Below, piece after piece: positions 9,140 to 18,669 of a stretch of DNA of 64,000 nucleotides. The position numbers and the translations under genes were made by a program. Source of the stretch: a virus (lineage: Duplodnaviria > Caudoviricetes); IMG/VR virus record IMGVR_UViG_3300021958_008980, positions 12,465 through 76,464 of that record. One strand, written 5' to 3'. Below the pieces are notes generated by a model. That model ran no database searches and was not told where the DNA came from. It saw only the letters and a list, made by a program, of their open reading frames with translations. The stretch's first letter is position 1; each line of letters opens with the position of its first letter.

Positions 9140-10014
9140 GATATTCGGAAATATTTTACAGTGTACAGGGCGAGGGCAGATTCGTTGGTGTGCCTAGCGT
9201 GTTCTTCCGTGTGTTTGGTTGCAATTTCCACTGCCACGGATTTGGACAAGGCAGAGACAGGAGCAAATGGTTGAAACCTGAGGAGATGCCATACGCTACC
9301 CAAGACCTTTCAGATGTTAAACACGTGAGCGAACTGCCAGTGGTAGAGATAGGTTGTGACGCTAGTGCAAGTTGGTCAAACAGATATAAACATCTAGTCA
9401 ACTGGGATGATGTCAGCAAAATAGCAAAGGACGTGACGGCGTACACTCCACAGAACAAATGGACTTGCGACAATGGACAGGATGTACACTTTATAATCAC
9501 AGGTGGCGAACCTATGCTGTGGCAAAGAGAAACACAACAACTGTTAAGGCAACCAGAATTCAATGACTTGAAAAACATCACGATAGAAACAAATTGCACA
9601 CAACCATTCAAAGAAGGATTTGACAAATTCTTGCATGGCTTGGTCAATGGTGACTACACAAAAGAACCAGTACACATCACTTGGTCGACATCACCAAAAC
9701 TATCGATATCTGGAGAGGCATGGGACAAGGCCATAAGGCCGGATGTTGCTAAACAGTACGCATCTATTCCAAACACACACCTCTATTACAAATTTGTGGT
9801 GCAGGACGAACAGGACCTTGACGAAGTGAATAGGGCAAGAGATGAATATCACAAAGCGGGAGTAGACGCAGACATATGGTTAATGCCAATGGGCGCAACA
9901 CAAGAGGGACAGGCTAAAACTGCCGGTCAGGTTGCAGAGATGGCGATGAAACACGGTTTCAAATATTCTCCGAGGCTACATGTTGATCTGTTCGGAAATA
10001 AATGGGGAACCTAA
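9127..10014 (+). CDS. queE: 7-carboxy-7-deazaguanine synthase (radical SAM)
   Basis: EIFYSVQGEG, FFRVFGCNFHC...CD, ITGGEP, ETNCT, SPKLS, YKFVV, LMPMG and SPRLHVDLFG. Confidence 0.9.
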   Translation: MEKIRYSEIFYSVQGEGRFVGVPSVFFRVFGCNFHCHGFGQGRDRSKWLKPEEMPYATQDLSDVKHVSELPVVEIGCDASASWSNRYKHLVNWDDVSKIAKDVTAYTPQNKWTCDNGQDVHFIITGGEPMLWQRETQQLLRQPEFNDLKNITIETNCTQPFKEGFDKFLHGLVNGDYTKEPVHITWSTSPKLSISGEAWDKAIRPDVAKQYASIPNTHLYYKFVVQDEQDLDEVNRARDEYHKAGVDADIWLMPMGATQEGQAKTAGQVAEMAMKHGFKYSPRLHVDLFGNKWGT

Positions 10015-10033
10015 TCAAAGTCATAATTAAAAA

Positions 10034-10042
10034 TGTTATAAT
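10034..10042 (+). promoter_or_regulatory. extended -10 promoter for tctA/tctC
   Basis: TG-T-TATAAT in the intergenic gap; no good -35. Confidence 0.55.
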
Positions 10043-10092
10043 GTTGTAACGCTCACAGGAAGTTCACAACACTAATCCCAAAAATCGATAGT

Positions 10093-11529
10093 ATGGAACT
10101 TGTTATACTCATGGCAGGTATTGTTTACGGCTTGATCATTGGCCTAATACCTGCCGCGGGAGCAACAACAGGTCTAATCACACTATTTGGATTCATGCCC
10201 TACTTCGTGGGCGACCCCTACCTGGGCGTGATATTCTGTGTGGCAGTTGTGGCATCCTCGACAACCGGTGATTCATTCAGTGGTGTGCTGTTGGGCATAC
10301 CCGGAGCCAACTCTGCGGCCGCGACAATGGTGGATGGATTTCCCATGGCCAAGAACGGAGAGGCCACACGGGCATTATCGGCCGCAATTACTTCATCAAC
10401 CTTTAATGGACTGTTATGGGGATCACTGACATTTTTATTCCTGCCATACTACACAAACGTTGTGATGTACATGGGCATACCCGAACTGTGGGCACTGGTG
10501 CTACTTGCATTTGTAACTGTTGGCTTTATATCTACTAGGAAATATGTAAGAAGCACACTGGCCATTGTGTTGGGAATCACAATAGGACTTGTAGGTGTTG
10601 ATGTGAACAATGTGCCACGTTTCACAATGGGTTGGAGATACCTTGAGGACGGTGTTCAAATATTACCATTTGTGGCAGGACTATTCGCCATTCCAGAACT
10701 TTGGAACGGATGGTTCAACAGAAAGAAGACGACAACTGTTAAAGCAGAACATGGCAGTTGGCAAGACATAACGCAAGGAGTCAAGGATACTGTCAGATGT
10801 TGGAAGGACAGCATCAGGGGAGGAGCCATAGGTTCTTTCATAGGATTGCTCCCGGGACTGGGCGGAGCAATGGCTGACTGGTTGGCCTATGGTGCCACAG
10901 TTGCCGCCAACCCCAAAGAGAAGTTTGGAGAAGGTAATGTAAAAGGTATTGTTGGAGCGGAAGGAGCCAACAACGCACAGAAGGCCTCTTCATTTATCCC
11001 AACAGTTCTGTTTGGTATACCAGGCGCACCATTCGCCGCTATACTGATGGGATTATTTTTATACCTAGGCATCGACCTAGGATCTCCTGACACCTTTTAT
11101 GACGACAAATTATTTGACAGCATGACCTACGCATTCTTGTTAGGAACATTTATTACCGCTGTCGTTTGTTATGGACTGGCTTATTTCGCAGGATGGGTGA
11201 CACGTATTCCATATGTGTATTACTTTCCTTTCATACTTGCTGTGATTGTTTGGGCAACTTTACAATACACAGGCGGATGGGAAGACCTTGCGGTACTTGT
11301 AGCGTTCTCCATATTGGGATTGCTATGTAAAAAATTCCAAGTCAGCAGGCCAGCACTGCTGATAGGGTACCTGTTGAGTGACAGGATTTACAACCTCACT
11401 TATCAACTAACAACGCTTCATTCGGTAAATGATTTGATTACGAGACCACTCTTTATTTTTATCATGATCTGTGTTATACTTTTACTGTATTGGGGCATAA
11501 CAAAAAGGAGTCGAATAGACTATGCTTAA
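10093..11529 (+). CDS. tctA: tripartite tricarboxylate transporter permease (TctA family)
   Basis: GLIPAAGAT, VLLGIPGANSAAATMVDGFPMAKNGEA, GLLPGLGG, GAEGANNA and LFGIPG; about 12 TM helices. Confidence 0.9.
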   Translation: MELVILMAGIVYGLIIGLIPAAGATTGLITLFGFMPYFVGDPYLGVIFCVAVVASSTTGDSFSGVLLGIPGANSAAATMVDGFPMAKNGEATRALSAAITSSTFNGLLWGSLTFLFLPYYTNVVMYMGIPELWALVLLAFVTVGFISTRKYVRSTLAIVLGITIGLVGVDVNNVPRFTMGWRYLEDGVQILPFVAGLFAIPELWNGWFNRKKTTTVKAEHGSWQDITQGVKDTVRCWKDSIRGGAIGSFIGLLPGLGGAMADWLAYGATVAANPKEKFGEGNVKGIVGAEGANNAQKASSFIPTVLFGIPGAPFAAILMGLFLYLGIDLGSPDTFYDDKLFDSMTYAFLLGTFITAVVCYGLAYFAGWVTRIPYVYYFPFILAVIVWATLQYTGGWEDLAVLVAFSILGLLCKKFQVSRPALLIGYLLSDRIYNLTYQLTTLHSVNDLITRPLFIFIMICVILLLYWGITKRSRIDYA

Positions 11530-12568
11530 GAAAACAATAATAGCATTATTGCTAATGACAACAACGGCGTTGGCCGATTACAACTTGATCGTGCCACAGA
11601 AACCATCTGGTGGAACTTCTGTGTGGGCACAGATAGTTGTGGCGGAATGGGAGAAACATCTAGGTGAAAAAATTAACTTGATCTACAAGCCAGGTGCGAG
11701 AGACCAACTGGGACCAAACGAGTTCCAAAACAAACTGAGGTTCGACGACAAAACCATACTTGTATCACATGGTGGTAACGGTATATCATATCTTGTTGAG
11801 CCTGTTGATTACAATTATCTGGATTGGGAGTCAATTGGACAAATGAATCTAAACATCATTGTGGGTGCAAGGAACAAGGCAGACACAAAGAACGGTCCCA
11901 TAAAGTTTCCCTCAGGCTCTGGTATGACACCGGAAGTGATGGCCATTGTCATGTTACTTGCAGGACCAGACAATGATCCTGTGAAAACATTTGAAGACAA
12001 AGTTGTATGGGTAAAGGGAATGAAAGGGTCCGAAAGAAGACTTGCTTTCATTAGAGGCGACTTGAATGCAACAAGGGAGAACCCTGCCGCATACAAGAAA
12101 CACGTTTTACCTGTTATTGCAAAAGGTGATGCTTACACATGGTTCCATCATGGACTACTTGATGTCAGCACAGGCGAACACGGTGAGGATCCTAACTTCA
12201 CTGAACCAACATTTGAGGCTTTGTACAAAGCAACATATGGAGTGGCACCAAGTGGCGACTTCTATAATGCATACAAACTTGTCAAGAGTTGGAGAGATGC
12301 ACTTCAGAAAGCATTCTGGGTAAACAAAGGCAATCCAAACAGAGACAAACTGGTTGCCGCCTTGAACAAAATGATAAACGATCCAGAATCAGTTGCCGCT
12401 ATCGAAAAGAAAGTGGGCAAGTATGAGTGGAGGACAGGAGCAGAAGGTGATGATGCAGTGAGAACACTGAAGTCGTTTATCACACCAGAAGCACTTAAAA
12501 CTTTATCAGACTTCAAAAGCCAACAGTTAGGCTATAACACAGTCTACAAAAAGGAACTTACTGAATAA
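11522..12568 (+). CDS. tctC: tripartite tricarboxylate transporter substrate-binding protein (TctC/Bug-like)
   Basis: Signal peptide (MLKKTIIALLLMTTTALA), then LIVPQKPSGGTSVWAQ resembling the IVPxxxGGxxD motif. It overlaps tctA. Confidence 0.7.
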   Translation: MLKKTIIALLLMTTTALADYNLIVPQKPSGGTSVWAQIVVAEWEKHLGEKINLIYKPGARDQLGPNEFQNKLRFDDKTILVSHGGNGISYLVEPVDYNYLDWESIGQMNLNIIVGARNKADTKNGPIKFPSGSGMTPEVMAIVMLLAGPDNDPVKTFEDKVVWVKGMKGSERRLAFIRGDLNATRENPAAYKKHVLPVIAKGDAYTWFHHGLLDVSTGEHGEDPNFTEPTFEALYKATYGVAPSGDFYNAYKLVKSWRDALQKAFWVNKGNPNRDKLVAALNKMINDPESVAAIEKKVGKYEWRTGAEGDDAVRTLKSFITPEALKTLSDFKSQQLGYNTVYKKELTE

Positions 12569-13137
12569 TGTATATCCTTCTCACTGGTGCACCGGGTTCA
12601 AAATGGAGTAGTGTGGCAGAAAGCCTAAGTCGTTCGCCAGACATAGACAAATCTGATAGCACCATTGAGAGGGCATACAACAACGGAGAGGTCAAGCACA
12701 AGGGATCATATTTTGATCCTGGAATGGAATTTGAAAACGATCGGGAGAACTGGGACAAACCGTTCTCAGGCACAGGACATAGAATAATCAAATCACACAC
12801 CTTCTCTCACAAACTAGAGGATTTAAAAAATTTATCATATCCCATAATCATGGTCGTCAGAAGCAATTTAGAATGTTTTGACTGGTGGGTTCAGGCCGGC
12901 GGCTTTGACATAATGTATCCTAACTATTCTTACTATGGAAATTTAGAAAAGATGAAGACACACATACAGAATCAAAACATAGATATCAACAGATTTATCC
13001 TAAACAACTTGAAAAGAATCACTTGTCCGATTGACAATTTTGATCTTTGCAACACGTTAGAAATAAATCCACCAAGCAGGAGAGATATCATACATAACTA
13101 CGCAGACAGAGATACCAAAGTATACGTATACAAATGA
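12568..13137 (+). CDS. hypothetical P-loop-like protein
   Basis: Starts MYILLTGAPGSKWS (Walker-A-like); TAATG coupling to tctC. Confidence 0.55.
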   Translation: MYILLTGAPGSKWSSVAESLSRSPDIDKSDSTIERAYNNGEVKHKGSYFDPGMEFENDRENWDKPFSGTGHRIIKSHTFSHKLEDLKNLSYPIIMVVRSNLECFDWWVQAGGFDIMYPNYSYYGNLEKMKTHIQNQNIDINRFILNNLKRITCPIDNFDLCNTLEINPPSRRDIIHNYADRDTKVYVYK

Positions 13138-13808
13138 ACAAAAAAATATTCGCACAACTACTCTCATACTCTCAAAACAATCTAAAAAAAATTACTCAGC
13201 CATATATAATGGAAACTTTTGGTGTCGCAGTGAAGCGTTGCGAAACACTTGAGGAATATAGTGATGTTATCGATGATGCTTGTCTGTCTAGATACTTTTC
13301 AAAATATTGGCACAATGACATGAAGAAATGGAAGTACTCAGGACTTGCACTGATAGACGAAGTCAACAACATGAAACCACGTGCAGTGCTAGACGTAGGA
13401 TGTGGCTACAACGAATTCAAAGGAAAAATTAAAAATATAATTGGAATAGATTCATATAACGATGCGGCCGACATAAAAATCAATGTGATGGATTACAGGA
13501 CCAATCAAAAGTTTGACGTGATATTGTGTTTGGGTTCTGTAAACTTTGGTAATCAGGACAAGATTACGGCTGAGGTAGGCAGGTGTGTCAATCTGTTGGC
13601 AAAAGGCGGTACAATGTTCTTTAGGGTAAATCCAGGGTTACAACACGATAAACCAGAAGCGAAATGGATTGAATTTTTTGGTTGGAATGTGCCATTCATA
13701 ATAAAACTGGCCGAAATGTATGATCTGGATATTTTAGATATCAGGGACGACACCAACCAAAGAAAATACTTTGTGCTTAGAAAGAAGTTGACTGATTTGG
13801 AAAAATAA
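13134..13808 (+). CDS. class I SAM-dependent methyltransferase
   Basis: Motif I (AVLDVGCG), an acidic IGID and KFDVILCLGS. Confidence 0.8.
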   Translation: MNKKIFAQLLSYSQNNLKKITQPYIMETFGVAVKRCETLEEYSDVIDDACLSRYFSKYWHNDMKKWKYSGLALIDEVNNMKPRAVLDVGCGYNEFKGKIKNIIGIDSYNDAADIKINVMDYRTNQKFDVILCLGSVNFGNQDKITAEVGRCVNLLAKGGTMFFRVNPGLQHDKPEAKWIEFFGWNVPFIIKLAEMYDLDILDIRDDTNQRKYFVLRKKLTDLEK

Positions 13809-13816
13809 AGTAAAAT
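13788..13816 (+). promoter_or_regulatory. sigma70 promoter, probably giving a leaderless mRNA
   Basis: TTGACT-N17-TAAAAT ends 6 nt before the ATG at 13823; no SD. Confidence 0.7.
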
Positions 13817-13822
13817 ATACAT

Positions 13823-14149
13823 ATGAAAGTGAAAAAAACAGCAAAAACAACTATTAAGAAAAACAACAAAAAAGGTTCAAAGAAAAGCGAAGAGCCAATG
13901 GTAAAAGTTCTCAACTTGAATGTGAACCCAGAAAATCCTAGGAACGGATTTTTTGAATTGGACTGGAATGACGAATTTGTAAACATGTTGCAACAATCTG
14001 GATATCAAGGTCAAAGCGAAGAAGAGATTGTTGACAGATGGTTCCAAACACTTTGTAGAACTATCGGAAACGAGCAAGGCATAGACGTCACTGGATCTGG
14101 ATATGTACAGATCAACAGAAGAGATGACGGTAAGACAGAGGTGTCATAA
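13823..14149 (+). CDS. conserved phage hypothetical protein
   Basis: Lys-rich N-terminus and FFELDWNDEFV...EEIVDRWF; TAATG coupling to the RNase H gene. Confidence 0.75.
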   Translation: MKVKKTAKTTIKKNNKKGSKKSEEPMVKVLNLNVNPENPRNGFFELDWNDEFVNMLQQSGYQGQSEEEIVDRWFQTLCRTIGNEQGIDVTGSGYVQINRRDDGKTEVS

Positions 14150-15135
14150 TGGCACACATACTAGTAGACACAGCAAACACATTCTTTAGAGCACGACACG
14201 TGATCCGAGGCGACACCTCCGAGAAAGTGGGAATGGCCATACATATCATGATGAGTTCAATCAAGAAGGCGTGGCAGGATTTCAATGGCACTCATGTTGT
14301 TTTCTGTCTTGAAGGTAGAAGTTGGCGTAAGGATCACTATGCACCTTATAAAAAAAATAGGAAAGACACCATAGATGCAATGTCTGACAAAGAAAAAGAA
14401 GAAAATGAAGTGTTCTGGGAGTGCTATGATGACTTCTGTGATTTCATTAAGACAAAGACCAATGCAACTGTGCTTAGGAATGCTAGGACAGAAGCAGATG
14501 ATCTTATAGCAAGATGGATAGACAAGCACCCGGATGAGAAACACGTGATCATAAGCACAGACAAAGATCTAAATCAACTTGTTGCTCAAAATGTGAAACA
14601 ATATAACGGCGTCTCAGAAGTCACACTTACACACGAGGGTTGGTTTGATGCAAAAGGCAACCCTGTAATAGACAAGAAATTAAAAGCACCAAAACCTGCT
14701 CCAGACACAGAATGGATGATATTCGAAAAGGCAATGAGAGGCGATCCAAGTGACAACATATTCTCAGCATACCCAGGAGTGCGTACTAAAGGCACGAAGA
14801 ACAAGATAGGATTGCAAGAAGCATTTGCGGATAGACAGGAAAAAGGATACACTTGGAACAATCTTATGTTGAGTAAGTGGGTGGATCACGAAGGCAACGA
14901 ACACAGAGTGTTGGAAGATTATGAGAGAAATAGACTTTTAGTAGACTTACACGCACAACCAGAGGCCATCATAGAAGAACTTGATCAAACGATTGCACAG
15001 GCAAAGTCTGAGAATAAAAGCATAGACCAAGTTGGAATCAGATTCATGAGGTTCTGTGCCAAGTATGACCTAAATAGGATTAGTGAGCAGGCGCAACTGT
15101 ATGTTGAGCCTTTTAATGCGAGGTTGGTATCATGA
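14149..15135 (+). CDS. rnh: T4-type RNase H / 5'-3' flap exonuclease
   Basis: FEN/PIN acidic motifs: ILVDTANTFFR, EGRSWRKDHY, EADDLIA, STDKDL and GDPSDNI. Confidence 0.88.
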   Translation: MAHILVDTANTFFRARHVIRGDTSEKVGMAIHIMMSSIKKAWQDFNGTHVVFCLEGRSWRKDHYAPYKKNRKDTIDAMSDKEKEENEVFWECYDDFCDFIKTKTNATVLRNARTEADDLIARWIDKHPDEKHVIISTDKDLNQLVAQNVKQYNGVSEVTLTHEGWFDAKGNPVIDKKLKAPKPAPDTEWMIFEKAMRGDPSDNIFSAYPGVRTKGTKNKIGLQEAFADRQEKGYTWNNLMLSKWVDHEGNEHRVLEDYERNRLLVDLHAQPEAIIEELDQTIAQAKSENKSIDQVGIRFMRFCAKYDLNRISEQAQLYVEPFNARLVS

Positions 15136-15635
15136 CAGTACGTGCAAAGACCCTAGTCAAAGGCAAGTTTTGGATAGTCGAGCAAAACGGCCAAAAATTA
15201 GGCACCCTTTCGAAACAAGCGGACAATGGTTGGATTTTCCTCAGCAAACAGGACAAGAGGCAAGTGTTCCACACGCAGGAGAGCCTGTTCACACGCTTCG
15301 GCTTTGGCATATTCGATCAATCAAAAGTACAGACAACCGAAAGAGATGTGGAAGCGGACAACTTTGACGTACATGGTTTCCCTTGTAGTCAGCATCCTTA
15401 CAACCCTATGTTTGATGTGCAGAAGCAGTTGCCGGTTTACACCAAGACACCAAAAAGCAAGAGTCAATTCTGTGCAGGTTATTACATAATCTGTTTCGAA
15501 AAAGGTTGGAGAAAAGCATACTGTCCAAAGATGATAACACTTTCAAGGTACGAATACAAAGGACCAATCAAGACCAAACTAGAAATGCAACAGGTATTGA
15601 ATAATGCAGTCAAGGAATTCCAAGATACAAACTAG
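15132..15635 (+). CDS. conserved phage hypothetical protein
   Basis: 167-aa ORF with an ATGA overlap and host-like codon use. Confidence 0.75.
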   Translation: MTVRAKTLVKGKFWIVEQNGQKLGTLSKQADNGWIFLSKQDKRQVFHTQESLFTRFGFGIFDQSKVQTTERDVEADNFDVHGFPCSQHPYNPMFDVQKQLPVYTKTPKSKSQFCAGYYIICFEKGWRKAYCPKMITLSRYEYKGPIKTKLEMQQVLNNAVKEFQDTN

Positions 15636-15861
15636 ACCCATAGAGGATCTCATAGGCAGGATCAGGACCCTGCGACAGAAGGGCGAGAGACAGATCGTGA
15701 TCCCTGCGAAAGAGGCAGACCAACTGGCTGACAGTCTCACACAGGTGATGACCAGAATGGTCACAATCCAGGAGGATATCATTGAAGCATTAAAGACTGC
15801 CAAAGACGCACAAACCATTAACATCGAAATGGACGGTGGTAATTTCAGTGCTAAAGAATAA
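15604..15861 (+). CDS. hypothetical helical protein
   Basis: 85-aa ORF overlapping both neighbours. Confidence 0.65.
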   Translation: MQSRNSKIQTRPIEDLIGRIRTLRQKGERQIVIPAKEADQLADSLTQVMTRMVTIQEDIIEALKTAKDAQTINIEMDGGNFSAKE

Positions 15862-16639
15862 TTTCAAATTAATTTTAAGCAATTCAGATAATAAAGAGCT
15901 CGATCTTGATTATGAACTGAATGATTCATTACTTGCTGAGAAATGGGCAAAAAAAATCAAGCATCTGAAGAGAGTTCCTGTTGATCCGGTTGAATCAAAT
16001 ATAATCGATGTCTCTGACATACAAAATATTTACAGGGAATTTTGTGAATTTGCAAATTTAGAACCTATGGATATTGAGCCATTGGATCAAAGCAAACTGA
16101 ATAAATTGCACAAAATTTTCGAGGAACAGCACGACACACTATCTAGAATCAAAAACAATGAAATACTATACAAATTCCACCACTCCATTCACTACAACGA
16201 AAATGTTTCAAAAGAAGAATCCCAAATAATTGTTGGTTGGGGCATAAATGAAGGACTATTAACCGAACAGTTTGATTGCTACTCGTACTATGCGGATAGG
16301 ATAGAAAGAAATAACATATACCTTCGTTGGACAGAACTGGGCAAGAAGCCGTTTGCATACTTCACAGACAAAGAACCAAACAATCAAAAACGTGTCAATG
16401 AATTATGTAAACCACATGTTACGTTAAGAGCTAAATTTTTTATAAGTTTTAAAGACATAATTCCTAGCGAGTTTACACCTGACTTTTCAAAATGGTTTGA
16501 TCAATACAAACAAGCATGGTTCAAAGCATATAACATACAAGAATACACCCCAATACATGAACACAGTGCACCTATGTTGGCACACACAAACAACAAACAG
16601 GATCTAACAGGTTTTAAATTTGTTAGGATAGAATTATGA
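15836..16639 (+). CDS. hypothetical protein
   Basis: 267-aa AT-rich ORF with a GTG start (uncertain); ATGA coupling to the next gene. Confidence 0.7.
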   Translation: MVISVLKNNFKLILSNSDNKELDLDYELNDSLLAEKWAKKIKHLKRVPVDPVESNIIDVSDIQNIYREFCEFANLEPMDIEPLDQSKLNKLHKIFEEQHDTLSRIKNNEILYKFHHSIHYNENVSKEESQIIVGWGINEGLLTEQFDCYSYYADRIERNNIYLRWTELGKKPFAYFTDKEPNNQKRVNELCKPHVTLRAKFFISFKDIIPSEFTPDFSKWFDQYKQAWFKAYNIQEYTPIHEHSAPMLAHTNNKQDLTGFKFVRIEL

Positions 16640-17901
16640 TCGTTATAAAAGACGGACCAGAATTCAGTAAAATATATGCCGACAAGGCGTTTGATAAATG
16701 GGGAGCGCCTACAGAAGAAGACATCAGGATAGTGGAGGAATGGACCGATTTTGACATTCCCAGTGATGCTGAAAAAATTGATGCCAATTTATCTTATGAT
16801 GCTAATTTCGATGATTACTACAACATGATAGAAAACACACTGTGGATTTTTAACAACGAGATGATTAAGTTAAAAACAGATGTACATATGACCGGTGGTG
16901 GTGTTCATTGGATGTTTCAAAAAGGTAATGTAAATATCTTCGATATCAGTAAAGTTCAAGTGGCATTTATAAAGTCATTACTACAAGATTGGAATGGAGA
17001 AAATTATGGGGAATTTGTTTACAACTTCATTACGGAGAACAAAATAACACATTTCCACGTTAATCTCAACGAGACCCAAAACTCAAACAAGGACCTAATT
17101 GCCAACAAGAACGAGTTCATTGAAAAAATAAATGCAAATTTTGAGATGCTCAAAAACAAGTATGATCCAGATTGGAAATGGCATTCAGAAAAAAATGTCA
17201 AAGTACACAATGGAGATCTAATTGGACAACTGCCCAATGTGTATTTGGGCAAAGCATTAGTTTCAAACATATTTGATTTTAAATATTACTTTGCCAAGTG
17301 CTACATTTCAAATGCATACACAATGTTATCTCCAAGCACAAGATCATTCATACAACAAAACGCACATCAGAATATAAAAACAGACAACCCTGCTTGTAGA
17401 AAAATTGAATTGAATGTTCCTGTACATGAAATATACAACGAAATACAAGACATCAAAAAATACTTACGAATGCATCGGTCAGATTCGGGCATTGGTTGGA
17501 GAGCATTCTGCATACATGGACAGTCATACAAAAGAACAAAAGAGGACAGTTACTATCCTGACTTTTTAGGGCATGATTGGACTCCTGAAGCATTGGAGAA
17601 CATGCCGGTAACAATAAAATGGCTGAAGTCCTTGGGTTACAAAAGTTTTAAACGTGTCAGAGTGATGTGTCTACTGCCAAAGAGTTTCATAAACTTACAC
17701 AGGGATCAAAATCACAGCAAGTTAGGTGCGGTTAATATTGCTATAAACAATCCCAAGGACTGCAAATTCTATCTACAGAATCATGGTGTGCTGGATTTCA
17801 AACCTGGCACTTCATATGAGTTGGATTTGGTTAATTATCACGCAGTTGTTAATAACAGCAACATTCCGCGATTCCATATTATCATACACGGTTATAAGTA
17901 A
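16636..17901 (+). CDS. two-domain protein with a C-terminal aspartyl/asparaginyl beta-hydroxylase-like 2OG-Fe(II) domain
   Basis: C-terminal RVRVMCLLPKSFINLHRD...NIAINNP...YHAVVNNSNIPRFHIIIHG gives HxD...H...R.H. The N-terminal ~240 aa are unassigned. Confidence 0.72.
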   Translation: MIVIKDGPEFSKIYADKAFDKWGAPTEEDIRIVEEWTDFDIPSDAEKIDANLSYDANFDDYYNMIENTLWIFNNEMIKLKTDVHMTGGGVHWMFQKGNVNIFDISKVQVAFIKSLLQDWNGENYGEFVYNFITENKITHFHVNLNETQNSNKDLIANKNEFIEKINANFEMLKNKYDPDWKWHSEKNVKVHNGDLIGQLPNVYLGKALVSNIFDFKYYFAKCYISNAYTMLSPSTRSFIQQNAHQNIKTDNPACRKIELNVPVHEIYNEIQDIKKYLRMHRSDSGIGWRAFCIHGQSYKRTKEDSYYPDFLGHDWTPEALENMPVTIKWLKSLGYKSFKRVRVMCLLPKSFINLHRDQNHSKLGAVNIAINNPKDCKFYLQNHGVLDFKPGTSYELDLVNYHAVVNNSNIPRFHIIIHGYK

Positions 17902-17916
17902 ACCTTTATTTTTTTG

Positions 17917-17923
17917 GTAAATA
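17917..17923 (+). promoter_or_regulatory. putative late-type promoter (GTAAATA)
   Basis: TAAATA motif in the intergenic gap before 17945. Confidence 0.45.
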
Positions 17924-17944
17924 CACATAGTAAAGAGTGAATCT

Positions 17945-18232
17945 ATGAGCAGACCAAAACCCACAGTGCTGTTGCAACACAGCAATAAGTCTACCTTCAA
18001 AATGGACGAGGTCCTAGCGGCCGAGGGCATCTGGGCGGTGTTTTACGATGGCAAACCCATCAACCTCAAGTCATCTAGTTTGGTCGCCAATTATCCAGGA
18101 CCAAAATACAAGAAAGTCTCATTTTCTAATCCCGGACACGCGGAAAATTTAGCCAAGAAACTGAACGCACAACACAACACAGACAAGTTTGGCGTGTACA
18201 TTTTAAAAACCGGCGAAAAATTCTCAAGATAA
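17945..18232 (+). CDS. conserved phage hypothetical protein
   Basis: MSRPKPTVLL...WAVFYDGKPINL...KYKKVSFSNPGHA, a pattern I recall from large myoviruses. Confidence 0.75.
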   Translation: MSRPKPTVLLQHSNKSTFKMDEVLAAEGIWAVFYDGKPINLKSSSLVANYPGPKYKKVSFSNPGHAENLAKKLNAQHNTDKFGVYILKTGEKFSR

Positions 18233-18242
18233 TTAACTTACA

Positions 18243-18638
18243 ATGGATCGTAAAACAGCCTACACCCGAACCTTCATGGAACTATTAGAACAACCAATAC
18301 ATGATGAGACAATTAAAAACAATTACTACGCATGGTGGCAGAATGTACGAGAAAGTTACCAGGCGAGATCATTGAGACTTACCAAACAAGGTTTAGAAAT
18401 GTTGGAGAAATTGGATCTAAAGACCTACGACATCAAATTTCCGGCAAAAGTGATATTCACTCCACAGACGTATCTATGGCTAGACGAATTCGTTGACTGC
18501 CCTTATTACGTTGACAAGAAAAAAATCATTGTGACCATGGAAAAAATGGCATTACAACTGATGCTTTTTGCAGGAGATATCACAAAATATGGACTTGCAA
18601 GGGCAATGAGCAAGATGGACGAACAAAAAAGTCAGTAA
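18243..18638 (+). CDS. hypothetical protein
   Basis: 131-aa ORF with normal codon use. Confidence 0.72.
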   Translation: MDRKTAYTRTFMELLEQPIHDETIKNNYYAWWQNVRESYQARSLRLTKQGLEMLEKLDLKTYDIKFPAKVIFTPQTYLWLDEFVDCPYYVDKKKIIVTMEKMALQLMLFAGDITKYGLARAMSKMDEQKSQ

Positions 18639-18669
18639 AACCGCGGTTTTTTTAGCCAAATTTACCAGG

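Noticed and set aside
10043-10070. Bulged hairpin GTTGTAAC...GTTCACAAC upstream of tctA
   Set aside because: The predicted start site (~10049) falls within the 5' arm, so the hairpin probably would not form in the mRNA. No known riboswitch pattern is evident.
18637-18653. AAAACCGCGGTTTT palindrome plus T-run as a terminator
   Set aside because: Only a weak 5-bp AT-rich stem is possible once a loop is allowed, so it cannot be supported as a terminator.
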